From positions 172,114,001-172,178,000 of the forward strand of contig NC_086097.1 in the NCBI RefSeq assembly GCF_963921235.1: DNA of 64,000 bases. Direction: 5' to 3'. Position numbers and translations under genes: made by a program. The notes beneath the pieces are model-generated. The model saw only the letters and a list, made by a program, of their open reading frames with translations, had not been told where the DNA came from and did no database searches. This DNA is from Mobula hypostoma (taxonomy: Eukaryota). Shown piece by piece: positions 1 through 13,825 of the stretch (the stretch's first letter is position 1; every line of letters begins with the position of its first letter).

Positions 1-93
1 CGGATTGATCAGACTTTCTTTTTATTGTGCGTTATTGTGTGCAACTTATTTCCTCACACTGTTTTGGATTGTAGGCCCTGTGTGTCTTTTGAT

Positions 94-3000
94 ATGGTTA
101 ACATGAGTGCAGCTGATGGAGGCCACCCTGTGAGGTTTATTTCTTGGAATGTAAAGGGGCTCAATGGTCCGGTTAAAAGAGCTAAAGTTTTCTCTCATCT
201 GAAACAATTAAAAGCAGATATACTATTTCTACAAGAGACACATTTAAGAGTGGAGGACCATAATAGACTTCGTAAAGCATGGATTAGTCAGATTTTTCAT
301 TCCAGATTTAATAGTAGGTCCAGGGGGGTGGCAATATTAATCACCAAAAGAATGCAGTTCACACCATCTGATGTAATCAGTGACCCTAATGGTCGCTTTA
401 TTATAGTCTCTGGCTCTCTCTTTCAGATACCTGTTATTTTGGTAAATGTTTATGCTCCTAATTGGGACGATGTCCAATTTGCAAATAGGGTTTTGTCATT
501 AATACCTAACCTGAATACACATAAGCTAATCTTTTCCGGAGATTTGAACGGTGCTATTGACCCACTGCTTGATAGGTCTTGCCCTAGGGGAACATTTTCT
601 GGTATGGCAAAGGCCTTCTCGATGTTTATGCAACAAAATGGTTATATAGGGACCTTGGAGATTTTTGAATCCATCAGTTAGGCAATTCTCTTTCTTCTCT
701 CATATTCACCACTCCTATTCCAGGCTAGACTATTTCTTTATAGATAATTCCTTGATACCTATGATTAGACAAATTGAATACACTGCTATAGTTATATCTG
801 ATCACTTGCCCGTGAAACTGGACCTATGTTTTCCTTTAAACGTTAGAGAACGCCCTCTGTGGAGACTTAACCCCCTTTTGCTTTCTAATGAGAAATTTTG
901 TAGTTATATATCGGCTAACATTGACACATTCTTCGAGACTAACAAAACTGAGTCGGTATCGTACTCTTTACTTTGGGAAACTTTAAAAGCTTACTTGAGG
1001 GGTCAAATAATATCTTATACTTCACTTGCCAATAAAGAGCGTAGGAAGGAAATGCAAGTGTTATTGAAATCTATTTGGGACCTGGATAGAAAATACTCTG
1101 AGGCACCACTGCGGAATTCTATAAAAGCCGGGTTGATTTGCAAGCGAAGTTTAATCTTCTATCTACAAACCTATCAGAACAATTAATTCTTAAGACTCGT
1201 GGCCTCTATTATGAATATGGTGACAAGGCGAGCCGGCTTATGGCTCATCAGTTGAAACATCAAGCTGCATCACGACTTATTCCTCAGGTAAGAGACATGC
1301 ACCAGAACTTGACAAGCAATCCAAAAGAGATTAATAACATCTTTGCAACTTTTTATTCCTCTCTGTATGCCTCAGAGTTCCCCTCAGATAAAACAAATAT
1401 GGAACGTTTTTTAGATAATTTGGAAATACCAACTCTTGAACCAGAGGAAGTGGAGAACCTAGATCGGGCTCTTGGGCAGGAAGAGATTAATAATGCCATT
1501 ATGGCTATGCAGAGTGGTAAGTCCCCAGGTCCTGATGGTTATCCAATAGAATTTTATAAGAAATTTAAGGATAAGCTCACACCGGTCCTTCTAGAAGTGT
1601 TTCAGGAATCTTTGGAGAATGGCTCCTTACCCCCTTCTCTTTCACAGGCAGCTATTTCACTACTTCTTAAAAAGGACAAGGACCCGACTCAATGTGGATC
1701 ATATCGCCCCATTTCACTTTTGAATGTAGATGTGAAAATTTTGGCTAAAGTGCTTGCATGTCGTTTAGAACATCCCCTTCCCAAGATAATTTCAGACGAT
1801 CAAACAGGTTTTATTAAAAATCGCTATTCTTTTTTTAATATCCGTCGACTGGCTGATGTGGTTTATTCACTGAGTGATTCTCCAAGTCCAGAGGTTGTTA
1901 TCGCCTTGGACGCGGAGAAGGCATTTGATAGAGTGGAATGGGTATACCTATTTAGTGTTTTGGAGAAATTTGGATTTGGCAGAATATTTATAGCTTGGGT
2001 TAAGCTATTATACCACTCGCCTTCAGCGTGTATACAGACAAATTATTTTCGATCTGGCTATTTCCCATTAACACGTGGCACTCGCCCACTGTCCCCTCTT
2101 CTTTTTGCAATTGCAATTGTGCCTCTTTCTATTGCAATTAAGTCAACTACATTATTTCAAGGTGTTAGAAGAGGGGACATGGAACACCATGTTTCCCTAT
2201 ATGCTGATGACCTCTTACTTTATGTTAGCGACCCTATAGGTAGTAGTCCTGCTATTGTGTCATTATTAGGTCAATTTGGAGCCTTCTCTAGCTATAAACT
2301 GAACTTCCAAAAAAGCAAATGCTTTCCCATTAATAACTTGGCCCTACAGATCCGACAGGAATCCTTGCCCTTTCCTTTATCTCAAGATGGTTTTGTATAC
2401 CTAGGAATACATATTACTCGCTCTTTTACATCTCTGTTTGAAGCTAACTACAGGCCTCAGGTTAGCCAAATGAAGGCTGATTTCGAGAGATGGCGCAGTT
2501 TACCCCTTACTATAGCTGGGAGAATTCAGTCAGTGAAAATGACTATACTTCCTAGATTTCTCTATTTGTTTCAGTGTTTGCCAGTTTTCTTATCTAAGTT
2601 ATTTTTTAAATCAGTTGATCAAGCTATAACCTCCTTTATTTGGGAAAATAAGGTCCCAAGGGTTAATAAGCGCATTCTTCAAAGAGGTCGTGACATAGGT
2701 AGAATGGGTCTTCCCAGCTTTATTACTGGGCATCGAACATTCAAAAAGTATTATTTTGGCTTCACCGGCCAGATATAATCTGGTGCCTGCTTGAGTCACG
2801 ATCTTGCCACTCCTCGTCTCTCCCAGCTTTGGTGTATTCTTCCTTACCATTGAAATCCTCTCAATTCACATCTAACCCGGTCGTGCTCTCTACCCTCAAA
2901 ATTTTTTATCAATTTCGCTGCCACTATGAGTTCATATCAGCTTCAGTTTTGGGCCCCATTCATAAAAACCATTTATTTCCTCCCTCCACATTCGATTCAG

Positions 3001-4214
3001 CTTTTAGACAATGGGGTTTGAACGGTCTTATGCGCATTAAGGATTTGTATACTGATAACATATTTGATAGTTTTGATAACCTGCGCGGTAAGTATGGCCT
3101 TCCGCATAATCATTTTTTTAAATACCTGCAGATTCGCCACTTTGTCAAGGAAAAATTTCCCTCTTTTCCTGTTCTACCACCTGCTATGTTATGGGAAAAA
3201 TTCACTCTTAGCTTTAACAATAAGGGGCTGATTTCTGAACTATATTCTCAGCTGATGTCTTTGGGAGTTCAAGATCTAAACAAAACTAAGAGTAGGTGGG
3301 AGGACGACTTCGGTATGGACCTTGCGGAAGAATATTGGGCAAAAGTATTGAATAGGGTTCATTTCTCATCATCATGTGCTAGACTGGGGCTCATACAATT
3401 CAAAGTTTTACACAGGGTACATTTAAGTAAAGCCAGACTGGCAGACATATACCCTGGGACAGACGCTGGTTGTGACAGGTGTTCCTTCTCTCCGGCTGGT
3501 TTAATACATGCATTTTGGTCATGCCCTTGGCTTGATAACTATTGGGCACTGGTTTTTAAAATTATCAGTGAGGTTTTGGGGGTGACACTGAGACCTTGCC
3601 CGCTTATAGCTGTATTTGGTGTGGCAGATGATGATTTGGGTTTAAATGCAAGCCAGTCGGATATCATTGCATTTACATCGCTATTGGCCCGTAGGAGAAT
3701 TTTGCTGGTTTGGAAATCTGCCACTCCCCCAACTGCTGCTGCTTGGTTAGAAGATGTAATGTTTTTTCTGAAATTAGAAAAGATTAAATTCACTTTGAGG
3801 GGGTCTGTGAAAAAGTTCTATTCGAAATGGGGACCTCTCTTATCATATTTTGGGAGTCTTAAGGAATTACCTACTAGTTGAGGGCATTTGATTGTACTTA
3901 GGAAGTTGCCTCCCATTTAACACACTTATAATTTACCTCACAGGGTGGTTGATGAATTGTAAACATGAGTGTATTTTGGATCATCTGACATGTTGCAGAT
4001 GTGTATGAGCTGTCGTATTGAAGTAGTGTGAAATGTCCGTTTTTGTATTTGTGAATTGTTGTGTTGTAGATATATTAGCTGCCATGATATGTTCGGGGAG
4101 GGCGGGTGGGGGGGAGGTTTGTTTTGGGGGTACGATACTAAAGCAAAATGGAGGAAAATGTAATCCATTATATATTCTGTATTGTGTCATTCCTTCAATA
4201 AAAAGAAAAAAAAA
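94..4214 (+). mobile_element. L1-clade LINE: complete but disrupted ORF2 (APE endonuclease, RT, C-terminal cysteine motif) with 3'UTR and A-tail
   Basis: ORFs 25-681 (ISWNVKGLN, LQETH, NVYAPN), 665-1186 (SRLDYF, SDH), 1138-2778 (KSPGPDG, YRPISLLN, LDAEKAFD, YADD at 2200-2211) and 2829-3881 (CDRC..HAFWSC) are joined by frameshifts. AATAAA at 4197, A-rich tail to 4214. Confidence 0.93.
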
Positions 4215-4312
4215 GAAGGTAAAGATGGTATACAAAAGTAAGCTAGCCAGTAATATTAAAGAGGATACCAAAAAAGATCTTGTGTTTTCCTGGCGTATAT
4301 GACAAATAAACA

Positions 4313-4625
4313 CTTCTCGGGCTTCCAGCCAGCACAGGTATCAATTTTAACTGATGTACCTATGACCAACTCTGCCATCTTCATCAGGGATGATGGCTGT
4401 CTAGTCCAGTGGTATTTATACCTCCATCATCTGTCCTTGCTGATTGGTTAGTCCTCATTTAATCAGGTTTCCGCTGTCCCACCTTGTTTACAATTGAATT
4501 TCAGCTCTTACTGAGAGTGAGACCTTCATCTTTGTTAAAATTAATTTTCCTCTAGTTTTATTCCAATGGCTTCCTTCACTAGACGGTTCCAAAAGCCACT
4601 GAAGCAGCACAATAGTTTTGTTCCA
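4313..4625 (-). mobile_element. 3' fragment of a second Penelope-like family (GIY-YIG C-terminus plus decayed hammerhead tail)
   Basis: Minus strand reads RLVKEAIGIKLEEN*..KDEG, resembling the PLE endonuclease C-terminus, followed by CTGATGA-AGATGGC..GTCAT. Confidence 0.6.
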
Positions 4626-5455
4626 TAGGGATCTGTGTTGGGACATTTTATGTCAATGATTTGGATGATGGAATTGTTGGCTTTGTTGCAAAGTTTGCAT
4701 ACAATATGAAGATATGTGGAGGAGCAGGTAGTTTTGATGAAGTAGAGAGGACTTAGACAGATTAGGAGAATGGGCAAAGAAGTGGTAGATGGAATACAGT
4801 GTTGGGAAGTATATGGTCATGCACTTTGGTAGAAGAAACGAAAGGGTTGACTATTTTCTAAATGGAAAGGAAACACAGAAAACTGAGGTAAAAAGGGACT
4901 TGGGAGTCCGAGTGCAGGATTGCCTAAAGGCTAATTTGTAGGTTGAGTTTGTGGTGAGGAAAGCAAATGTGATGTTAGCATTCATTTCAAGAGGACTAGA
5001 ATATAAAAACAAGGATATAATGCTGAGATTTTATAAAGCACTAGTGAGGCCTCACAGAGTATTGTGAGTAGTTTTGCACCTCTTATCTTAGAAAGGATGC
5101 GCTAAAACAGCAGAGGGTTCTAAGAAGGTCTATGAAAATGTTTCCTGGATTGAATGGCTTGTCATATGAAGAGCATTTGAAGGCTTTGGGTCTGTGTTCA
5201 ATATAATTCAGAAGAATGAGGGGTGACCTCATTGAAACCTATCAAATGGTGAAAGGCCTTGATAGCGTGGATGTGGAGCGGGTGTTTCCTATGCTGGGAG
5301 AGTCTAAGACCTGAGGACTCAGCCTCCGAATAGAGGGGCGTCCTTTTAGGAGGAATTTCCTTAGCCAGTGAGTGATGAATCTGTGGAATTCTTTGCCACA
5401 GGCAGCTGTAGAGGCCAAGTCTTTATCTATAAGGCAGAGGTTGACAGATTCATAA
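4626..5455 (+). mobile_element. CR1 LINE 3' fragment (decayed RT C-terminus)
   Basis: Degenerate GSVLGP / KFADD-like / LYKALVRP / ERV-type CR1 motifs, with stops. Confidence 0.8.
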
Positions 5456-8269
5456 CTGGTCACAGCCTCACTCAGATTGCAGCAAAGAGTAGTGAACAGA
5501 ACCGGCCCAATCCTCACCTCTGGTCTTGACACTGCCTTTTTAGTCCGTCTGGCCCGACGTTTAAATCATCCAAACATTGGGTCGTTCAAATTTGGAGATA
5601 GGTTCTTGTTGGGAATTAGTATCACTTGGGGATTAGGAAGGTCTTTTTCTGATCTACACTCCAACCACGAAAATACAGAATAGGACAGCAGGTGATAACT
5701 TATTCTCCTGTGTCACATGTCCAGTTCAGTGATTACTTTATCTCCTGATGCCCAGATTAGAAACATTTCTTTCTATTATCATGCTGGGCAGAAAGATCCA
5801 TCAGAATATATGCAGCATTGAGTCATAGAATGGTGATATAAGGAAGGAGGCTATTTGGACCAATGACCCAGTGCTAATCCTGTGTAGGCACTGTCCAGCT
5901 AGTCCTATCCCCCACGTTCTCCACATTTCATGCAACTTCCTTCCATTCAGATATTTATCCAGCTCCCTTATGAACATTACAATTGAATTTACTCCAATAC
6001 CACTCTTACCAGTACTTTCTAGACTTTAAAAATCAGCCCTTTGAAAATCTCTTCATGTTTCTTTTGAAATAACCTAAAATAACCCTATTGACAGGAATAG
6101 AAGTATTTCCTCTAATAGCAAACTTCCCTCTATAATCTAAACTGGATTGGTTCCATTCTACAGAATAAACTGGCCTGAGAAAGTAAAACAGCTGCAAAAT
6201 AGCCTTTACATCAAAAACTTGATTTACATCAAATTATGACTTTGCTTAACAAGGGAGCAGAGCAAGTCAGCATATAGAGACCAATGGGTAAACATGTTGT
6301 ACTGGGGCTTGATGAAGCTATGTTCCGGCTGCTCAGGGTTTAGATAATTTCATACCTGGAGTGCTGTATACAAATGCTGTCCCCTTCCTTAAAGATATTC
6401 CTGCATCAGATGGAGCTTCGAAAATATTCACTATATTTTTAATATACCTATTTTAAAATAAGCTTGCCTTGGGCTTGCCTTTCAGGGCACTATTAAGCAG
6501 GCTTTGCATAGGTTTCCACTGGATGTTTCAGACCCCTCCTATGTTTAAAAGATATGCCATTCAGTGGGATAACTGACTGTTGTAAAGTGCTAGTATTTAT
6601 TCAAGGGGAGGCTGAGGAGGGCAGCAGCTGATTACAACTGAATTACGGACAGATAAAGGGCCTCCGAGAAAGAATAGGTTCCCTGGTAGTAAGTGGAATA
6701 ATAGAACGGATGAAAGTGTTCCGAGAGGTGACATAAACTCGATGGGCCAAATGGCGGCCTCCTATATCAAAGGGAAAGGTGAGATATAAGTGATTTAACA
6801 TTAGTGTTTAGAAGAAGGAGAGGTGATATGGTGAGGTGTTGACCAAGAACCTTTCTTTCTGTGTGGGAATCCAGAGCTGTGGTTACACATGTAAGATGGA
6901 GTGAAGCAAAATCCCTTCTATCTGAGTCATGAATCTTTGGGGTTCTCTAATACTGAGAGTCCCTAAGTCACAGAGGGTACACTCACCCATCATGTCTGCA
7001 CCGACCTTGCACACCTACACTAGTACACTTCTATGCCTTACCTCCTTACGTTCTAAATGTCTCTTAAACAGCATTGTCATGGAGTCAGAGAGTCACACAG
7101 AATGAAAACAAGCCATTTGGCCCAACACATCTGTGCCAGCCAAGATACCCATCTAAGCTTACCCCCTTTGCCTTCATTTGACTTGCCCAACTCTCTTAAT
7201 AATTCAGTTCTTTGAATCCTGGCAACATCCTTGAAAATAGTTGCACTCTTTCCAACTTAATGACATCCTTCCTATAACAGGGTGACCAAAACTGTACACA
7301 GTACTTCAAGTGTAGCCTCACCAATATCTTGTAGAAATGCAATTTGACTCCTACACTCAATAGCCTAAAGCCTCAAGTCCTGGAAAAAGAAATCTTTCCT
7401 GACTCCACCACCTCATGTGGCAGCATATTCCTGTTATCAACCTCTCTGAAAAGTCATTCCCCTCAGAACTGTGTAGTCATTAAATATGTTTAAGGCTGAG
7501 ATTGATGTTTGGTCTATGGGGAAAAAGGGATTCTGGGAACATGCAAGAAAGTGAACTGAGGCCAAAACCAGATCAGTCATAATCCTATTGAATGGTGGAG
7601 CACTTCCAGGGTCTGGGTAGCCCGGTCCTGCTCCGCTTTGCTATTTTCATTCATTCTTATGTGAAGCATGAACAACAGAGTATTGGCTGGCCTCAGGATT
7701 AAAGAGGGAAACTGGAGCCTCTCTGTAGGTAATCAAACCAGGTCCTGTCACAAGTTTGGAGCGACTCCTAACAGTGTACAGTAATTTTTAATTGTACCAA
7801 GAAGCAGCCGTAAGAAGGTCCAAACCACCATGATTTACCAGCGAGCCAGTTGTCAGAAGAGCAGATGGAAATGCCAATACATTACAAGAGCCAAATAAAG
7901 TTTATGTGAATTAATCTTTTGTTTGGGTTTCTGTTTAAGTGATGGATTATGGCACCAAGACTCACAACTTGGAAACTTTTTAGCATACAGGGAAATCTGC
8001 AGCTCTCCAGCTATGCTGCTCTGGGGCAAAATTAGGATTCAGATGCTTCTGGAGGACACTGAGAGGATGGGAAGACACTGAGAGAGCCTTTCACAGTAGT
8101 TCACATTCATGGATGTTCCCTCTGACACTTCTCACTACTCCTGTTGCTAATTCTGGGGTGTCAGATACCTCTGGGCTCTGAGGTCAAGGATGATCATGCA
8201 GCAGAATGTGAGGAAAGAAAGAATTCCGGTTGCTTTCCACATTGCATGACAGTCAAAACTCTGAATGCC

Positions 8270-8730
8270 TCCATTAAAGACCACAGTCTAGATTGGAAGT
8301 TGCTCGGTTGTAAAGAGAGCATTTGCACACTTGCCTTCATTAGTTGGGGCATTGAGTTCATGGATTAGAAAGTTACTTTGCAGCTTTATAAAACTTTAGT
8401 TAGGTTGCATCTAGAGTATTGCATTCAGCACTGGTAGCCTCATTATGGGAAGGATGCGGAGGTTCTGGAGAGAGTGCAAAACAGGTGGGTATTCCAGGAT
8501 GCTGCCTGGATTACAGGGCATAAGGAGAGGTTGAACAAACTGAAGTTATTTTCTCTGAGGTGTTTAAGGCTGTGGCTGAAGACTTATGACAAAATAATGT
8601 AAGGGCATAGATAAAGTAGAGAATTGATATCTTTTTCCTAGGGTAAAAAATGTTGAATAAAAGAGGACATGTATTAAGTTGAGGGGGGGGTGCGAGGTCA
8701 AAGAAGGTGAATGGGTAAGGTTCTACTGAG
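8270..8730 (+). mobile_element. CR1 3' fragment; continues at ~9475-9600 after an insertion
   Basis: Degenerate LAFISWGIEF / LYKTLVRLHLEYC motifs. Confidence 0.7.
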
Positions 8731-8734
8731 GAAG

Positions 8735-9470
8735 TGGTGGTTGTCAAAACCACCCCAAATCCCTTTGTGCCCGCAGCTCACCCACAGAGCTGCATGACCA
8801 CCATGGAGATCCTTGACCCATGCCCACTTGGGCCTTACCTGTTACACCCATCAGCAGACGCGATGTGGCAGATTCTTTTCCATGCAAAGCTTTCACTGCG
8901 GGCTCCTTATGATTTCATAGCTGGAGAAGGTCTTAGAGTTCCCACTGCCCATTAAATGCTCCCAATGGTGAGTATCTCAAATAGCCTCTGACAACCAAGT
9001 CCAGTTCCTGGCCTTCACGTGTGGCTTAGTTACTAAGCCCGGCTAAACTATTTTTACTTACAGGGGAAAAGGCTAAGGCAAATATTGGAGCCTTAAAACC
9101 AGTCCTTCAAGCAGATGGGGCTCGTCAGATGACATTGGCTGCTTATCTAGGTGAGGAAAGCTCTGATCTTAAACCCCCACTGCCTTGCGGCTATGTTCAC
9201 TCATAGGAACGGCTTCAGCAGTAAACCCCAAGGAAAAATCTGGAGATGGAGTCCCTCAGGCAGTCCTACATTGAGTTCAACACTGACTGGCAACTCCTGT
9301 AGTGTCACTGGTGCCAAACTATATCGGTCTTTGTCGTTCCTTTGGATTCATCAGCTGCATAGGCAACAGCTTGCTCTCCATATCATATTGCATTGGCTAT
9401 TGTACTGTTTTGCATGTCACGTGGGCAGCTAGGTCACAATATCCATGGTCAACCCTGAACAACGGAGGAC
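8735..9470. repeat. Unclassified ~735-bp insertion splitting a CR1 tail
   Basis: CR1 3' sequence stops at ~8735 and resumes at ~9475; the intervening block has no credible ORF. Confidence 0.45.
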
Positions 9471-9699
9471 CACATAGTGGGTGCTGGCAGGGGTTGTGGT
9501 AGAGGTAGATAAGACAGAGGCATTTAAGAAGCTCTTAGGTAGGCATATGAATATGCAGAGAAAGGGGGGATATGGACCACGTGATGGCCAAAGGAATACG
9601 TGTAGTTAGAACATTGAACATGGAACAGTACAACACAGTACTTTGGCCTAAGACATTGTGCCAACTCTTTAACTTACTCTAAGCTCAATCTAACCCTTT

Positions 9700-11290
9700 T
9701 TTTCATCTATGTATCCATCTACTACATGAGACTCTCAAATGTCCCAAATGTATTTGCCTCTACCACCACCCTGGCAGTGTGTTCTATGCACCCATCATTC
9801 TTCCTGTAAAAACCTACCTCTGATATCCCCCCTATGTTTTCCTCTAAACATTTTAAATTTATGCCCCTCATCTTAGCCATTTCCTCCCTGGGAAAAAAAA
9901 GTACTAATCTGTGCCTCTTCCCATCCAGTACACCTCTAACAAGTCACCTCTCATCCTCCTTCTCTCCAAAGAAAAAAGCTCTAGCCATTGAAACTATTCT
10001 CATAAAATATACTCTCCAATCCAGATAGCATCCTGGTAAATCTCCTCTGCACCTTCTCAAAAGCTTTCACAACCTTTCTATAATGAGCTGACCATAACTG
10101 CACACTATATTCCAAGTGTGGTCTCACCAGAGTTTTATAGAGCTGCAACATTACTTCCCCAGCTAATGACACCTATCACACAGGGCGCCTTCATAACTAC
10201 CCTAACAACTTGCACTGCAACATTGAGGGATCCATGGATGTGAACCTGAGATCCCTTTTTTCTTCCATTTGCTTAAGAATCCTGCCATTAGCCCTGTATT
10301 CCTCTTTCAAGTTCAACCTTCCAAAGTGAATTTCTTCACACTTTTCCGGACTGAACTCCATCCGCCACTTCCCAGCCCAGCTCTGCATCCTATCAATGCC
10401 CCATTGTAACCTATGGTAATCTTCTACACCATTCACAACATCTCCAATCTTTGTGTAATCTGCATACTTACACTTCCTTATCCAGGTCATTAAAAAAAAT
10501 TACAAAGAGAAGGAGCCCCAGAACAGATTCCTGTGGAACACCTCTGGTCACTGACCCTCAGGTAAGATATGCCCCATCTAAACCCTTCCTCTGCTTTCTA
10601 TGAACAACCCAATTCTGAATCCATGCAGCCAGGTTTCCCTGGATCCCATGCCTCCTGACTCCCCACAGGAAAACCTTGTCAAATGCCTTACTGAAATCCA
10701 TATACACCACATCCACTGCTCTGCTTTCACCAATATGATTAATCATTTCCTCAGATATTTCAATCAGGCTCCTAAGAGATGACCTGCCTGTCACAAAGCC
10801 ACACTGACTATCCCTAATCAGACTATATTTCTCCAAATGCTTGTACATCCTCTCTCTAAGAATTCTTTCCAATAGTTTGTCCACCACTGATGTAAGACTC
10901 ACTGGACTATGATTCCAGGGTTATCCCTATTACCTTTCTTGAATGAAGGAATGAAATTTGCCACCCTGCAATCCTCTGACACCACTCCTGTGGCCAGTGA
11001 GGATGCAAAGATCATTGCCAAAGGCACAGCAATCTCTTCTTTTGCTTCCCATAGTAACCTGGATTATATTCCTTTAGGTGCTGTGGGCTTGTCTATTTTA
11101 GTGTTTTTTAAAAGTTCCAGCACATCTTCTTTGTTAATATCAACTTGGGCCAGCATATTGGCCTGTTCTACACTGCCCTGAAGCAAAGTATTCAATTAGG
11201 GCCTCCCCAACCTCATCTAACTCCAGGCACAATGTTTCCATTTTTATCCCTGATCAGTTCTACCCTCACTCTGGTCATCCTCCTATTCGT
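9700..11290 (-). mobile_element. CR1 LINE RT fragment
   Basis: Minus ORFs: SLTSVVDKLLERI..VYMDFSKAFDKV (10558-10902), YADYTKIG (10197-10490), LYKTLVRPHLEYS (9981-10172). Confidence 0.9.
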
Positions 11291-12099
11291 CAAGAATTAA
11301 AGCACCAGAAGCTGTATCTATGGGGCCAAATCTCTCTTGGCAGAAAAAAATTGCAGCTAATAGTTGGCAGTCTTATCCACTTTCTTTTAGCCCACATGCT
11401 AAACTAAGTATTGGAGACAGCAACATAACATTACAGACATGAATAGATTGAGCCAGGAGGAAACATGTGGCAATAGATTTCCATGCCATATGTGAATGCA
11501 TCCACGAAGAACCTAAAGGGAGGAAGATTTCCCTTGTGGTGGAAAGCTTGAAGTTGTAAGGATCTAAACTTAGAACCCCTCTGTATGTCTCCATACATTA
11601 TGTATGCAAATGCTTTCATAGATAAGAATTTAAAATTGTTAAAATCTATTTCTGGGATATTAAAAGACTGGGATACAATGGATTGAAGTCAAGAAACGGT
11701 AGCAGCTACACATCAAGTGCTGGAGAAATTCCACTAGGCAGGCAGTATCTATGGAGGGAAATGAATTTCAGGTCGAGACTCTTCATCAGGAATGGAAAGA
11801 AAGAGGACAGAACATGCTGATACCTAGCCTGACTTTGACCACACCTGGAGCACATGAGCAACTCAGGGCACTGTACCTTAGAAGGGCTTGTTGGGAGGTG
11901 GGAAGAGTGAGCAAGGAGCATTTTTTACCTGCATGAAACTTGGGCTCCAAATTACGGAGAGATTATGGAAACTGGGAGTGTATTCCCTAGAATCTGGAAG
12001 ATTAAATGAAGATTTGATTGAGGGTATATTTGAGAAGGGAGTGGAACAGTGGGGAGCAATTTCTGCCAATTGGTGCCAGAGTCTAAAGCTAGGGAAAAG

Positions 12100-13426
12100 C
12101 AGACATCCCACCTCTCCCGGAAGATCCGGGAGTCTCCCGCATATCGATAGTGGCTCCCTGATGCCCGGAAATTATATACAATATCCCGGAAATAGATTTT
12201 TTTGAGAGGGAGAGGGAGAGTGAGCATCCTGATTGGTCTCTCTTCGTGCTAAGAGTGGTCCCCAACCACCGGGCCATGAGGAAACAATATGATTTGGCGA
12301 TACGAAACGATATGAGTCATTTGCACCTTTCCTCATTCCCTGTCATGCACTGTTGAACTTGAATGCACCCAAGATTATTACGCGCGCGTCATCCATGTCA
12401 GCGCGGGAAGAAGATCAACTCCTCGAGCTTGTAAATGACGGGGGGCTGAAAAGTTTGTTTGACATAACATCTCTGCCGGCATTCTGGATCAAAGTCAAGG
12501 CTAAATATCCTGAGATAGCCACGAAAGCACTGAAAACGTTGCTTCCGTTTCCAACATCATATCGCTGCGAAGCGGAGTTTTCTGCAATGAATGCAACGAA
12601 AACTAAATTGCGGAATAGACTGGACATAAGGAACCCCCTTCGAGTATCGCTGCCTCCTCTCACCCTCACTGGGACCGACCGTCTTGTTGCAGGAAAACAA
12701 GCCCAGGGCTCCCACTGATTCAGCGATATTGGTGTGTTGCAATGATTTTATATGTTCATATGGGGAAAATATGCGCTGTGTGTTTAATATCCAAACATTA
12801 CTTAAAATGTTATGATGCTATTGACTTATCACCTATATTCCAGTCGTGATTAACACCCAACACCCCCCCTCGCCCCGGTCGGCCGGTCTGCAAGAATATT
12901 GTCAATATTAAACCGGTCTGTGGTGCAAAAAATGTTGGGGACCCCTGCTAAGTAGACCTATCAGTTTTCTCTGTGGGTGGGCTTTACAGTCGACCTCAAA
13001 AATAATGACAGTGTTGCTCACTGCACTGTTTGCAACAGTGACTTTTCTATTGCCCATGGTGGGTTAAAATGTAAGAGACATGTTGAGGTGAGTTTAACTG
13101 GTGTCATTACAGCATAACTAATGTTATTTAAACTAGCTGGCTAGCTGCTAAGGAGCTACGCTATTGATGTCCTACGTGATGAGGCCAAACTCCCTGTAGA
13201 CTTGCTTAAAGTCGTAATAGAATAAACATGATAATATATTACAAGCATATATTTTAATGACACATTTGCTGCATATACCCAACTTGGTTTACAGATTAGA
13301 CAAAATCACTAAACAAAGTATTACATACACCCTTGGAAGTCGACGGGCGGGGGGTGGAGGGATGCTACCTCCCTGAAATGGCGGTGATACCTCACTGAAA
13401 TGAGTTTTTGCAGGGTGGGATGTCTG
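12100..13426 (+). mobile_element. Non-autonomous hAT-like DNA transposon with 13-bp TIRs and 6-bp TSD
   Basis: TIRs CAGACATCCCACC (12100-12112) and GGTGGGATGTCTG (13414-13426). Flanking GAAAAG at 12094-12099 and 13427-13432. Internal Zn-finger remnant AHCTVCNSDFSIAHGGLKCKRH at 13016-13081. Confidence 0.8.
12253..12947 (+). mobile_element. Internally deleted Charlie/Buster-type hAT element nested in the previous element
   Basis: ORF 12353-12718 resembles the hAT C-terminal dimerisation region (FW..YPEIA..LLPFPTSYRCEAEFS..KLRNRL..KQAQGSH). Ends are (G)AGTGGTCCCCAACC and TGTTGGGGACCCCTG. Confidence 0.85.
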
Positions 13427-13559
13427 GAAAAGTCGATTAGGAGTGCTGTTAGGAAACACTTCTACACGTAGTACCTTCAAATTTGGAGCTTCCTCCTACA
13501 AACACCAAGTGGTATCAGGTCAATTGTTAATTTTAAAGCTGATGATAATGGGTTTCTGT

Positions 13560-13795
13560 TCATAAAAGATACTGTATTTACATACAGTGCCAAGCGACCC
13601 AGATTCATTTTCACCATTGTCTGCAAGGTGTTTGAACAATTTGCCTGAGACCACATGGGCTCCTTCCAGTTGCTCCAGTTTCCTCCCATGTTTCAAAGAT
13701 GTAAGTGTTAGTAAGTGAGTCGATCACATGGGTGTAATTGAATACATAGGCTCAAAGGGCCTGTTATCATGCTGCATCTCAAATAAACAAATAAA
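13560..13795 (+). mobile_element. HE1/V-SINE-like element, degraded
   Basis: Central motif CCAGTTTCCTCCCATGTTTCAAAGATGT is shared with the copies at 26010 and 50390. Confidence 0.6.
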
Positions 13796-13825
13796 TATTT
13801 AAAGACATCAAAGTGGCATTGCAAG

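Noticed and set aside
5477..5683. RRLNHPNI resembling a kinase subdomain
   Set aside because: Short match without other kinase motifs or a convincing splice donor.
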